From Williopsis jadinii (Eukaryota): a stretch of DNA of 26,913 bases. The notes under the pieces were generated by a model. That model saw only the letters and a program-made list of their open reading frames with translations, made no database searches and was not told where the DNA came from. The stretch spans positions 1,488,001 to 1,514,913 of the forward strand of contig AP024667.1 in the NCBI GenBank assembly GCA_024346625.1, written 5' to 3'. Below are positions 11,455 to 22,600 of the stretch, piece by piece. Both the position numbers and the translations under genes were made by a program. Within the stretch, counting starts at the first letter, position 1, and each line of letters starts with the position of its first letter.

Positions 11455-12276
11455 ATGTCTACAACATCTGACCTTCCAGTTGATTTGGAGAAAGGCTACA
11501 CAGCCCAAACACTAGGTAAAATTGACACTGAGATCTCCCATGATCCCTTACAGCCAGCTGTGATGAAAGTTGTCACCTCATCTAACGGTGACATTATTTA
11601 TTTGGGTCACCAAGCGTTCAATAAGAAGGATCTATTCAATGCATTTGCCGGTGATCTTCAACCTGGTCTTCATGCAACTCCCCATAGGCCAATGGGTAAT
11701 CCAGTGCCATTGGGGTTAACTTCATTCTGTATCTGTTGCTTTGTTGTCTCTCTCGTGAATACCGAGGCCAGGGGTGTGACAAATGCCAAAGTTATTGCTT
11801 CGTGTGCACTCTTTTTTGCCGGTGTTGTGGAAACAATATCTGGTCTATGGTGCTTGGTTATTGAAAACACCTTTGCTGCGACAGCACTGGGATCATTCGG
11901 CGGATTTTGGATGGGCTACGCTGGCCTGCTGATCGATGCATTTGGTATAACCTCGAGCTATTCAACGACGGAAGAATTGGGTAATGCGCTTGGTTTCTAC
12001 CTTACTGCCTGGACGATATTCGCATTCTTGATGTGGCTATGCACGTTTAAATCCACATGGCCTTTCTTTATCCTCTTCCTGCTTGTTTGGGTGTTCCTGA
12101 TGTGCTTAGCTATTGGAAAGTACAACGACAATACTACAGCTACAAAGGCAGGTGGTGTGCTGGGATTGGTTGCCACGTTTGTTGGATTCTTCATTGTCTA
12201 TGCAGGTGTTGCAGACGATTCAAACTCGTATCTCACAATCCCGGCAAGTCCAATGCCACATGCACCAAGAGTTTAG
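11455..12276 (+). CDS. ATO/ADY2 family transporter, copy 2 (tandem paralog)
   Basis: Same motifs (NPVPLGL, ENTFAATALGSFGGFW); collinear with 9535..10353. Confidence 0.92.
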   Translation: MSTTSDLPVDLEKGYTAQTLGKIDTEISHDPLQPAVMKVVTSSNGDIIYLGHQAFNKKDLFNAFAGDLQPGLHATPHRPMGNPVPLGLTSFCICCFVVSLVNTEARGVTNAKVIASCALFFAGVVETISGLWCLVIENTFAATALGSFGGFWMGYAGLLIDAFGITSSYSTTEELGNALGFYLTAWTIFAFLMWLCTFKSTWPFFILFLLVWVFLMCLAIGKYNDNTTATKAGGVLGLVATFVGFFIVYAGVADDSNSYLTIPASPMPHAPRV

Positions 12277-12705
12277 CCCTAAGCCATATACTTTGAACAC
12301 CCTACTTTAGCTGATTATGACATATATTTTCTTGGTTTAAAGTGATGTAGTGTCATTGTAGAAGAGCACACGTCGATCGACATAGGTGGGTTCCACCGGG
12401 GTGGCTTCGGTGCCTTAACCAGAGCCCACCTTACAAAACATAGACCACCATGGTGAATTGAATCACTTAGATGTGATACAACAGCTAAAGTGACCTGAGC
12501 GTTCAATGACTCGACACGTATAATCAGAGTTCTTTACATTCCACGGCGTTCTTCATTAGTTGTCGTAACCAGGGCAACAAGAGTAACAACAACAAGCCAG
12601 AACAACACAGTGTGGTGTCCGGATGTATATTTCATGCCTTCTTCTCTTGTCCGGGCTTTTGTTGGTTGACCGGACAGCACCGGGGATTTTAGAGCCGTTG
12701 GTCGA

Positions 12706-12746
12706 AAAATAAACAAACAAAACAAAACAAAAATAAACAAACAAAC
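12706..12746 (+). repeat. AAAC/AAAAC low-complexity tract upstream of the Zn-cluster gene
   Basis: aaaataaacaaacaaaacaaaacaaaaataaacaaacaaac. Confidence 0.7.
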
Positions 12747-12796
12747 ATCCGTTTCCCTCTCAGATAATCAAACAACGGATAACAAACATACACGAA

Positions 12797-14560
12797 ATGG
12801 ACCAAATAGACAAAAACCTAACGCTCGAGGACCAGATTCCCCTTATAGCCAGTGCTGCACAGGCACAGAGAAGAAAGAGATCCAAATACAGTCGAGGGGG
12901 GTGCCTTCAATGTAAGAAGATGAAGGTGAAGGTGCGTACCACATAATTCTACATTCCCAATGCGTATTGTCGACTAACACGTTGTAACTAGTGTGATGAG
13001 GCAAAACCAAAGTGCATCAGATGCTCCAAAAGGGACAAAGAGTGTACCTATGTCACAAATGGGAGTAAATTCCGGATGGTTGAAACAGCGCTTGAAGCAA
13101 ACCGTGACCAGGCTAACAATGCGTCATTCGGTGCCCTGGATCTTATAGACAAGGATCTATCTGCGAAAATAGATCAGGCAATTGCGCTGGATGAGAGTAT
13201 TAGCCCATTCATTGCATCTCCTCATGAATTGCCTGATTTGGCATCCAGAATTGACTACGCTCTGCTCAAGCAGCCGTATGGGGGACCTAGAGTGGTGCCT
13301 ACACGCGATGCGGTTCTCGATTCCGATACCATTTTCTCATTCCCATTTGAATCCATACTGTCGCTAAGTGATGAAATGCACAGGAAATACTTCAATGTGT
13401 TCTTTTCAGAGTTTGCTGAAATCGTTGCTCCTTTGAAAACGTCATCAGATGCGTTCTTCTTTAGGGATGTTGTCATACAGTACTCGATGAAAAAGGACTA
13501 CCTCTATTTTGCAATGCTGGCATCCGGGGCTCGACTGTCTTATAGAAGAACACTTGAGGACGACGATCAAAATGCATGTGCTGCTTTTATGAAAAAGACA
13601 CTAGAGCTGTTGAATGATTATACAATGGTGTTGACTTTATCTAAAGATCAAGTTGAATCATTAAACTTGAGTATAATTGTACAAACAGTGGAAACTTTGA
13701 CTCTGACAATACTTTTACTCACATCAGACAATGCATCCAGTATGAAGGACAGCTGGAGAAGCCATCTTAAGGGGGCCAAGGAGTTACTACGGAAGGTATT
13801 CATAGACGAGGCATTTCCAAAGACAAAGGTATTGACATTTTGTAAGTGTTGGTTCACCGGGTTTGAAATACTTGCTGGGCTCACTGCACCTTTCGGGGGA
13901 GTTCTGGTCCAGTCCCATGAAATAGAGAAGCTTTCAACTAATGTGAATGATGAAAATGAAGTTGAAATACTCAGGGGATTACAACTTGTCTCAAAAGAAG
14001 ATTTCAACTACATCTTTGGATTTCATAACAAATTGCTTCCGCCTCTGATTAAATTAATGACTCGGATGCGTGAGGGGAACACCAATATTGGGCCAAAGGC
14101 TGATTCTGATTTTGTCTTTGATATGATTAGCGAACTCAGAGCGTTCAAAGATTATGACTTCACGTCTATAGAACTGGATTCTAAATATCCATGGGCACAG
14201 ACTACACATATGACCTATGTGAATGCAGCATTGTTGACAGTTTTAACCAAATTTCTCCATGTGCCTTTGGACACAAGTGCCGTTATTGAACTTGTCAACA
14301 GCATTTTAGACTCAGTTACTGCTGGAATAAAAGCTGAAAACGCTACAGATAGTATCATCTTCCCATTGATGATGGTTCAATGGCCACTATTAGCTGCTGG
14401 ATTCAGCGCTAGTACGGATGAGCAGAAGTTCAAATTGGATAGCATTTTCCATCTGTTAGCAGGCTGGGGCTCAGGGTCTGCACAGTATTCAATTGAAATG
14501 ATGAAAAGAGCATGGAATAACATAAACCCCAACCTTAATGTCGATTTAATGGCCTACTGA
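12797..14560 (+). CDS. Zn(II)2Cys6 transcription factor, Lys14/Uga3-like; exons 12797-12931 and 12992-14560; 567 aa
   Basis: Splicing a 60-nt intron (GTGCGT..GACTAAC..TAG) gives RSKYSRGGCLQCKKMKVK|CDEAKPKCIRCSKRDKECTY, in frame with the 13076 ORF, which carries a fungal TF C-terminal domain (WRSHLKGAKELL, WPLLAAG). Confidence 0.88.
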
Positions 14561-14589
14561 GTGGTATACGCAATAAACGATCTATTTTC

Positions 14590-16062
14590 TCAATACTCTA
14601 CGCTGTTCCTCTCTATGGATTTGCGAACAATCCATTCCCAATCAGCTGTGAAAATCGCTATGAGTTCTGCAATGGCTAAAACGAAAACTCCAGAACTTAA
14701 CCCAAACCATAGACCTTTGAGTCCCCATCCTCTATGGAAGGCCAAATACATTGCCATAGGCAAGCCAATGGCGTAATAGCAGAAGAGATTCAGATTGCTT
14801 CCAATTTTCTGACGACCCTGTGCTCTCAAACAGCCCGCTGATATAACATTCACCGTATCAAATAGCTGGTTGTAAGCCAAGACCTGAATCACCACAAGTG
14901 TCTGCTCAATGACTTTAGAATCGTCTGTAAACCAGGAAATGATGATGTCCTTCCCATTGTAGACACTTGATGCAAGGACCACTCCGAGGATAAGGGCAAT
15001 GATAAGTGACACTTTAATTGCAATCTGAGCACTGATAACGTTCTGTGATCCAATGTAAGTTGCTACTCTTGTACATGCCGCAACACTCAGTCCAAATGGG
15101 ACCTGGAAGACGAGGGATGCACAGGTGGAAGCAATTGACTGAGCAGCAAGTGTCTCTGTGCCAAATTTTGCAGCACTAAGCGTCAAGATCTCAAACGCGA
15201 GGAACTCTGCTTCGATCATTATAACACCAGGCAATGCTAAAGAAGCCATTGGACCCCAATTCTTACAGGATTCTCTAATTTGAAGCCCATTCCAGCATTT
15301 TGATCCATCAACATAGGCAGCATAACATAGCAACAGGAACGCCATGAGGGTATAACTGACCGCAGTGGCAAGGGCAGCACCATAGAACCCAATACCAACG
15401 CTTGAGTCCCACACCAATGCGTAGTTTAGCACAACGTTTATCGGCGTGCATATATATAGCACATACTTGGCCCCGTGGAAATTGCCTTGTGCTTGTAAAA
15501 ATCTCTTCCCTGTTTCGAAAAGAATGAACCCAGGAGAACCAAAAGCCAAGATTCTCAGGTAGTTCTGTGCAAGCGAAGTGAGGTCCTTATCAGGGACGAA
15601 TAAGTTAAGAATCGAGGCTGAGAACCACCACATCAGGTTTATCGGAATGGCAATTACAAAAACCATGCACACACACCTCTGAAAATGGAGCCCAACGAGT
15701 TTCATCTTCCCTGCGCCGTATGCTTGTGAGCAGAACGTATCGAGCGAAGTTGCCATTCCTTGGAACACACCGGCACTAATGTTGAAGGTCATCGCAGATA
15801 AGGAAACAGCTGCGAGCTCAGTCTTTCCAATGTGACCCACCGAAAAGATCGAAACCACGTTCAATGAGTACTGGAGGAAGAAGGTAATGATCAATGAGAG
15901 TGACGACTTTGAAATTGCAGATGCCTCGTCCGCAGTTGTTGTGATATATCCATCTTGTAGCGTGGTGGTGCTATCATCAGAGTTATCATGGATTCCATAT
16001 TCCTCCTCCGGGACAGTTGGATCTGATAGGAGTCTTGAAGTTTCAGTAGTGAAAGTAGACAT
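14590..16062 (-). CDS. MATE-family efflux transporter (Erc1/YDR338C-like)
   Basis: SLDTFCSQAYGA, FETGKRFLQAQG, EFLAFEILTL, GCLRAQGRQKIG, YYAIGLP, GLWFGL; about 12 TM helices. Confidence 0.92.
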   Translation of the reverse strand: MSTFTTETSRLLSDPTVPEEEYGIHDNSDDSTTTLQDGYITTTADEASAISKSSLSLIITFFLQYSLNVVSIFSVGHIGKTELAAVSLSAMTFNISAGVFQGMATSLDTFCSQAYGAGKMKLVGLHFQRCVCMVFVIAIPINLMWWFSASILNLFVPDKDLTSLAQNYLRILAFGSPGFILFETGKRFLQAQGNFHGAKYVLYICTPINVVLNYALVWDSSVGIGFYGAALATAVSYTLMAFLLLCYAAYVDGSKCWNGLQIRESCKNWGPMASLALPGVIMIEAEFLAFEILTLSAAKFGTETLAAQSIASTCASLVFQVPFGLSVAACTRVATYIGSQNVISAQIAIKVSLIIALILGVVLASSVYNGKDIIISWFTDDSKVIEQTLVVIQVLAYNQLFDTVNVISAGCLRAQGRQKIGSNLNLFCYYAIGLPMAMYLAFHRGWGLKGLWFGLSSGVFVLAIAELIAIFTADWEWIVRKSIERNSVEY

Positions 16063-17529
16063 GTGTGAGATTTCCGTATCTATGACACCTTCAGGGATAG
16101 AACAACAGCGACAGGTTGATCAGGACAATCGTCTCGATATATACTTGGAGGAAGAAGATTGGAATGTAAAAGTAAAAAAAAAAACTGCTGATGGTGATGA
16201 TGTTGAAGCTGACGGCCATCGGGATTTCTTTCCGTAATGGACAACGATAGCCGGCCAACGCGCGCGGAATTTCGACTACGAAAACGGACAAGTGCGATGG
16301 GGCGTGTCCAATCCATTTTTAGGCCATCGAACTGGTAGTGATTCTTAGTTGGCGGTGATGTTTTGATGGTTTGGTGAGCTCTTCTCGTCTTATTCTTTGG
16401 TTTATTGTAAGGAAGGGTCTTTACCATCCGATTGTGACGTGTATATTGAGCTGCTGATGAAGAGTAATCAATCTCTGCAGAAGTTTAATTTAACTGTACA
16501 CAGTGCCGAGTTGAAGTAACAAAGGCTCTATGCATTTTCAGCTCGTTAGTTTATCCCCAATAGGTTGAGATAGTTGAAATCGGCTCCTATGTTTGGCCTC
16601 GCTGTTGGAAAGTTCATTAGGTAATACCCTAGACATCAGATATATTGCACTCAGTAGATATGGTAAACAGTATCGATTTCTTTACATTTCTAAAGACCTA
16701 TGAAATTGTCTAGAATCAGAGGACCCGGACCTCTTTCGTTAGTTGAAGACGAAGGGAACAACAAAAACCTTGTGGAAACTGAGCTCAGAATATTTCAGAA
16801 CAGTGACATTAAGGATGTTTACAAGGGGGCTCTCATGCTAGAATATTCTTGAGGACCAACATTTCTGGAAAATACTGCTCTCTGGTTTGAATAAACCATT
16901 TCTGGAACAACCTTGAAGTATACGAACCATATCTGGGATCATTGTATGAATGGATACAAATTTGTGTGTCGTGGATGTAACTCTGGACTTGGCTTGATGC
17001 TAGTTGACGGATCCTGGATGAAAAGATTGTCACACTTCATGGTTGACTGAAGACGTGATTGCCTTGACCATCAACACAGGTACGATATTTGTGGTGAATT
17101 ATCTTCTACCTAAATATTCTTTGACGTGCCATGCACTTCGGATCTCCACGTATTAGTATAGTAGAATCACATACTTATGTATTTTATAGCGACTATGTAT
17201 TGGTTGGAATGTCAAGATAAAAGTCTTGGTTGTTTTAGTGAAGGCTACTGATTTGTGAGGAAACTTTTCGGCATCCATTGGATGACAGTACATTTGGTTG
17301 AGTTTCACCATGAGCATATTGGCGTAGCTCTTGATACACTGTTCTTATACCATAGTTATCTGGGACTAGCCCTGGAGAGATGATATAATCGGCTATACAG
17401 GAAGCAAAACTGAAGAATAGGCATCAAGCTGCTTTGACCAGCATAAAAAGATAATTAGGTGGGATGGAACCTCCTAGTACTACCATTAAGGAGTAATTGG
17501 TCTGAATTTTAAGTGGTAAGGGCTATTAC

Positions 17530-18879
17530 AGAGATCCAATTTCTTCTGTGGTGATTTGAAATTTGGTGCTTCGTCCATACCATTGTTCTTTTCTATTCCA
17601 CATTTTAACAGCGAGTCAACACCAAACATTCTAGGAATATCCCAACATGATTACCATACAGTGACTTAGAGACATCAGAAGTGTAGGCTAACTAGCATGG
17701 ACAGCTCAACGCTCCTCTGCAGCTCTTGAATGCCGTTGTCTTTTGTTGTTACTGTCATATTTTAAGCTATTGCACAATCTAAAGCTATCGATTTCCGTTC
17801 AATCTGTTTTGTAAACGTTTTAATTTCTGTTACACAATACACAAACTTCTTTATTAGCCACTAGTTATCTCCTTTTTGATAGATCGAGGTTATGCTGAAC
17901 ATTGAAGAGTATGAATTGACTTTTGTTGTTACTCACTGTGTCTTTTGTGCCTAAAGTCATCCAGATATGACCACATTGTGCTGACTCTACAAGCTACACA
18001 TAGCTAACAGTTTATCTCTATCTGATAAAGAGCTCTACTAAATGTACTCCAAATCGATTCTTTACAGATGGAGGCTGTTGTTGCCATTGAACGTTGGTGA
18101 AGTAGCTATCGTTGATGCGTTGTTATGATTTCACAAATTTTTTGCTGACTCTAAACATCCGCACACCATTCATTTCAGGGGGTTCAAAAAAAAACATCAA
18201 CAAAGCGAAGGATACCTCCTGTTATCAACACTCCTAGTCCATTGACAATCTGAGTTTGAAATCACTGAAGGATGGTAGCTCAAGGTTGAGATACTGGTAC
18301 TTAGCACATGACGCTACTCCAAACGATTTGAAAGGTTTTGAGTGACTGTGAAAGTCTAAGGACCAGTTTTAGAGGTGGAATATATGAGGGTCTCAATGGT
18401 TTCATCTATTGTATAAGGGTTTGTCTTCCAGTGAGAGATGTGGAGTGAGAGACTGGTATTAATGGATCGTATGGGATACTCGGAGAACTTTCGACTCAAA
18501 GCATAGATCAAAAAGCTACCTCTGTCCCTTATTTCGACGGTGTATAGTCCTATCTCCTTGATTAAAGCTTTACACAGCTCTGAATCAACACGTCTACACA
18601 TCTGAGTTGGCATTTCCATTTGGTTTCAAGAGCAGCAGATGGAAGAGGTGTATACACGGGCCATATCAACATCTTGGTGGTTCTGTTTGCTGTTGTTTAT
18701 GAGTATTGTGTGGCTCTTTATTGCTCCTTCGTCTAAGTGGAACACAAACGTGAGATGTCTCTTGAAGCAGGTCACCACGGGACTACAAGAATGCGTAAAA
18801 CTGCTTTGCGCACACCAAAAAAATGTATGGGAAAATTAAACTGCTTGGTAGAATTAAACTGCTTGTCAAAGCAGATTAA
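17530..18879 (+). repeat. Subtelomeric long direct repeat, copy A
   Basis: Collinear with about 24960-26652. Anchors: GATAGATCGAGGT (17878/25307), AAAAAAACATCAACAAAGC, TTAGAGGTGG, CATTTCCATTTGGTTTCAAGAGCAGCAG, and a terminal 70-bp block. The left edge is fuzzy, with weak similarity back to about 17400. Confidence 0.85.
18834..18879. other. Candidate recombination site, copy A: AATTAAACTGCTTG x2 (direct) plus inverted arm AAGCAGATTAA
   Basis: Repeat geometry read directly; function inferred by analogy with FRT. Confidence 0.45.
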
Positions 18880-19160
18880 GCTTTAGATTGCTCACCAAAC
18901 TAGCGGGCTGACAAGAAGTAAAATATATCATTGCGATGGTGCCAATCTCAGGTATCTACTGCCGGACTATGGTATCCTTGGTGTAGATTTAGCGTGCGCT
19001 AGGCCCGATTTAGGATTTCAAGCAACTCTTGTGTTATACAGGAAAAAAAAGCCTCAGTCGACAAGTGAGTGGCTATACATGACAACACGTACCTGATGTG
19101 ATCGGGAAACATAATCTCATGTCTTACTGTATAGTACTTTTGGTGAGTAGAATGTTTGTT

Positions 19161-19207
19161 GGGTGTCTAGCAGTAGGCTGGGGGGTTATGGTGGTGTGCG
19201 GGTGTTT
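19161..19207 (+). repeat. Degenerate interstitial telomere-like tract
   Basis: Perfect GGGTGTCT at 19161-19168, a G6 run, GGTGGTGTG, and GGGTGTTT at 19200-19207, on the same strand as the terminal telomere. Confidence 0.5.
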
Positions 19208-19385
19208 CTAACGTTTGAAAATCCTCGGCCGAGGCGAAGTGGCCCCAACAGGTCTGGAAGGGCCTTACGACTCTGGAAGTTCACAAAGTAGCAGGGATCA
19301 CTCAGCAGAGAAACTCCAGGTGGGGTGAGCGGGTGTTTGCTTTTACGACGCGGTGAAAAACTTGGAGATGGTGTGAAATGCAACG

Positions 19386-19402
19386 ACGCGTTGCTGACGC
19401 GT
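19386..19402. promoter_or_regulatory. Tandem MCB boxes (ACGCGT at 19386-19391 and 19397-19402)
   Basis: Two exact MluI cell-cycle boxes about 230 bp upstream of ATG 19623, plus ACGCG at 19348. Confidence 0.6.
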
Positions 19403-19622
19403 CAAACAGGTCTTCTGCATAAACTTCAACAATCGTTTTCAGTATCTTGATGGCCATAGACTGTGAATTTCCTAGGATCCATTTCTATTGATACGAAAAC
19501 TTGCTCAAACCAGCTGTGAGTGGGTCTTATGACCTGTATCGTTGCATGGTACTAACATTGTATCTGAAAGGCACATAACGACGCCCTGATCTTGTTTTTT
19601 CCTTCCGTCTTCAGACACAACA

Positions 19623-22600
19623 ATGAGTGCTACTTATGAAACAACCAGAACTGAAGTGGTGAACGGCTTCCATGTTAATCACGACTTTGGTGTTGTCTTT
19701 GACCCTATCAACGGATGTGTCATCAACCCCTATTCAAGTGGAACGAAGTCTAAACCCACTCAAAGGGCTTTGCAGACCTGTTTGGAGCTCTGTGGGAACA
19801 ATATTTACCATGACTTCAGAGTGGCAGCATACAACTCCGTGATGATTAGTGACACTATTCCAGGTGTTCACGTTGAGGAATTCAGTATGTGTCACAGTTG
19901 CAAGTCGTTTTGCTATCGCCATGCTGCAGGAGCGGGGTCACATTTAAGAGAGTGCTCCACATCGCACAGAAGTTCAATCCCATGCAGAGGTTACTGTTTC
20001 TACTCTGGTCAACAACTGAGATACATAGTGATTCAAACGGGAACCTTTCCACGGTCTCATAACCTTGTTCCTGGCTCAGTGGAGACTGTCACTCATCCAT
20101 TAGCACCGATGCCACAGCTACAAAACGGTGATTCGCAGCAAGGGGTGGAACCTAAACATCAAATAGGAGTATGGGCGCATATCGACGAGTCGCAGATCAT
20201 CGATTTTGTTCAGAGATGTAATGGCCTCAAAGAGCAGAATCCTCTGATCAGCTTGATGGATTTCAGAGAACAGTGGTTGCGGGAAGCTTCGCTCATGAAG
20301 TTGGCGTATAGCATCTACAATCGGGCTCTCAAGTATCATGGGGATAGAGGACACGGCGTTACGACGGACTCAAGGGTGTTAAAGCATTCCATGTCTTCAA
20401 AGAAGTCGAGCTATTGGTTCAACCGAGTGACGGAGTCCACCCAGAAAGCTTACATCAACGTCTTCAAGCAGTGGATCTGCAATATGTGTGGTCTAATGAG
20501 TTCGGCGTCTATTATGGAGAGGCTCAATTACAATGCGGATCTTTCCAATTATTTGAGCGTGCTCTATTCTGCTGCAACTACTGGATGCTATGATGAGACA
20601 GAAGTGACACTTGCTCTTGCTAAGGCAACACGCACTATGATGGTTGACCCAGGAAACGTGGAACTGTATTCGGACAGCTGTGCACTTCTGCTGGTAGGCC
20701 TTACTCCAAAAGACGAGTCCGAGGGATGTAACCAGTTTGTCGTAACTGATTTACAGAAAACCTCGTTGCAGTCCCGCAGAATGGATGCCGTTGTCAATTT
20801 TACCAAGCTATTGATCTCAACCTCGTTTGATGACAGGAACGAGCGTCAAACATTTCAACACTTTATCGACACAACAGGGCAAAGCCTTCCGAGGTTTGAG
20901 ACACTCTTACACATAAGGGATCTTTCCAAGAAATCTGAGGAATCAGGACGACTGCCACTTAGCTTGATAACTGATTCGAATAACGGTGTTCGCTGTGGTA
21001 CGTTGTATTTCAAAGAAGAGTATCTTCCAACGCTTGTTCAAAATGGGATCAGTTCATTCAAGGAAGATCTCAATCGTCTGTGCAGAAAGTACCCGTCACT
21101 GGAGTTTCCAGATATTGATAACGTATGGCAATATGTCGTCCGGAATGGAAAAGAAGATGTTATGGAATCTGGATCTGGGTTTTCGATGTTTTCCTCACTT
21201 GCTGGTGATTTTCAGCTCACCACCTTCCCTAAGACACTGATGGAAGAAGCTAAGAAGAATCCATGGAAGACTGTGAAGGAGTTCCAATCAGTTGCGATAG
21301 ACAATATCTTCCCTCTGCTCATGATCTCTGTTTTTGGGCCAGCCAGAGGCAGTGAATACGCAAGAGCCACATGGAGCAATACGAGGATCCTCAGCCGGTC
21401 ACTTTTCAAGGATGGGATGTTTATGATGGCGGGTTCAAAGACGAGAACATCTCAGAACAAACCAAATGCACGGGTAAGAATAGTGCCTACTCCGATTCTG
21501 AAGTTAATTGCTTATTACATCTACATCATCAGACAGATAGAGAAACGATTGCTTATGGTTGGTGGGGTTCAGATAACGAGTGGGCTTGAACATCATGATG
21601 AGGAGCAGGAGGAGAGCCAAGGGGAGGATGACGACTGCATTGATGATATTGATAAGGATGGGGAATCCTCCGTTCCACTGCACTCCCCCACAATCGGGGA
21701 CATGCTTGACACATACATCTTTCTATATGGAGACGCCATCCTGAGCAGCACCAAGCGGACTGCTATAATCAGAAACTTCATCTCAAGAAACATTCCATTC
21801 AAAGGAAAACACCATGTGAGTGGTATGACAGGAAGGATTTTACGCCATGTACTTATCCACTATAACCGTCTAATCATCACCAAGGACAGTCAAACTGACT
21901 CTCTGATTCAGTTCATGGATCCCATTGAACTCAGTGGAAACCATTCTGTACAGACTGGCTTATCCACATATGCAAAGACAGCTGAAGTGAACTACGCTAT
22001 TTTGGCTTTGGCCAACTGTTGGACGCGCTTTCTCTTTGAATCACCACAGGCCCTAGTTGATCAAGTTGCCTTCAAGTACCATATCGATAACTCTATCAAC
22101 ACCAAAGACTCATACCAATTGCGTGCGGTTGGTACCATGTTATATGGAAAAGACTTTGACTACCTGAGCGATAAGCAATGTTCGATAACTGAGACATCGT
22201 ACTTCACAAATCAATCCATTCTAGTGAATTTGAAGACTGGTTTCGGGAAGACGATTGCATCGTTGCTTCCAGCTGCTGCTGATGCGTTGCACTTTAAACA
22301 CAGACATAATCCGAATCATCCAGGGGTGCAGCGTACGACAGTGATACTTGTTCCATTTGTTGCGTTACTACAGCAGTACAAAGAACTGCTTGAGGCGAAG
22401 TTTAAAGGTATGCTTACCTTTGTGAAGTACTGTCCAGGCAATGGCATGAGCCCAGATACTCTGATACCTCATGACATTGTTCTGCTTCAACTTGAACACT
22501 GCAGAGACGATGTTGTTCTTTCGTTCATGGATCGATTTGCAAAACCAACAATGGCTGTGGATGGAAACCTCCATGTCATTTCACGTATAGTTGTCGACGA

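Noticed and set aside
16430..17400. Possible decayed gene (short protein-like stretches such as VEDEGNNKNLVETELRIFQNSDIKDVYKG)
   Set aside because: Frequent stops and no recognisable family; a BLASTx search is needed before calling a pseudogene.
18639..18839. Small hydrophobic ORF (WWFCLLLF...) echoed at 25879..26169
   Set aside because: The similarity follows from the DNA repeat; start and stop positions differ between copies and I saw no clear codon-position bias.
17530..18879. Long direct repeats as retrotransposon LTRs
   Set aside because: No TG...CA ends, primer-binding site or gag/RT/integrase recognised; the repeats are long and too diverged, and the internal gene is a helicase.
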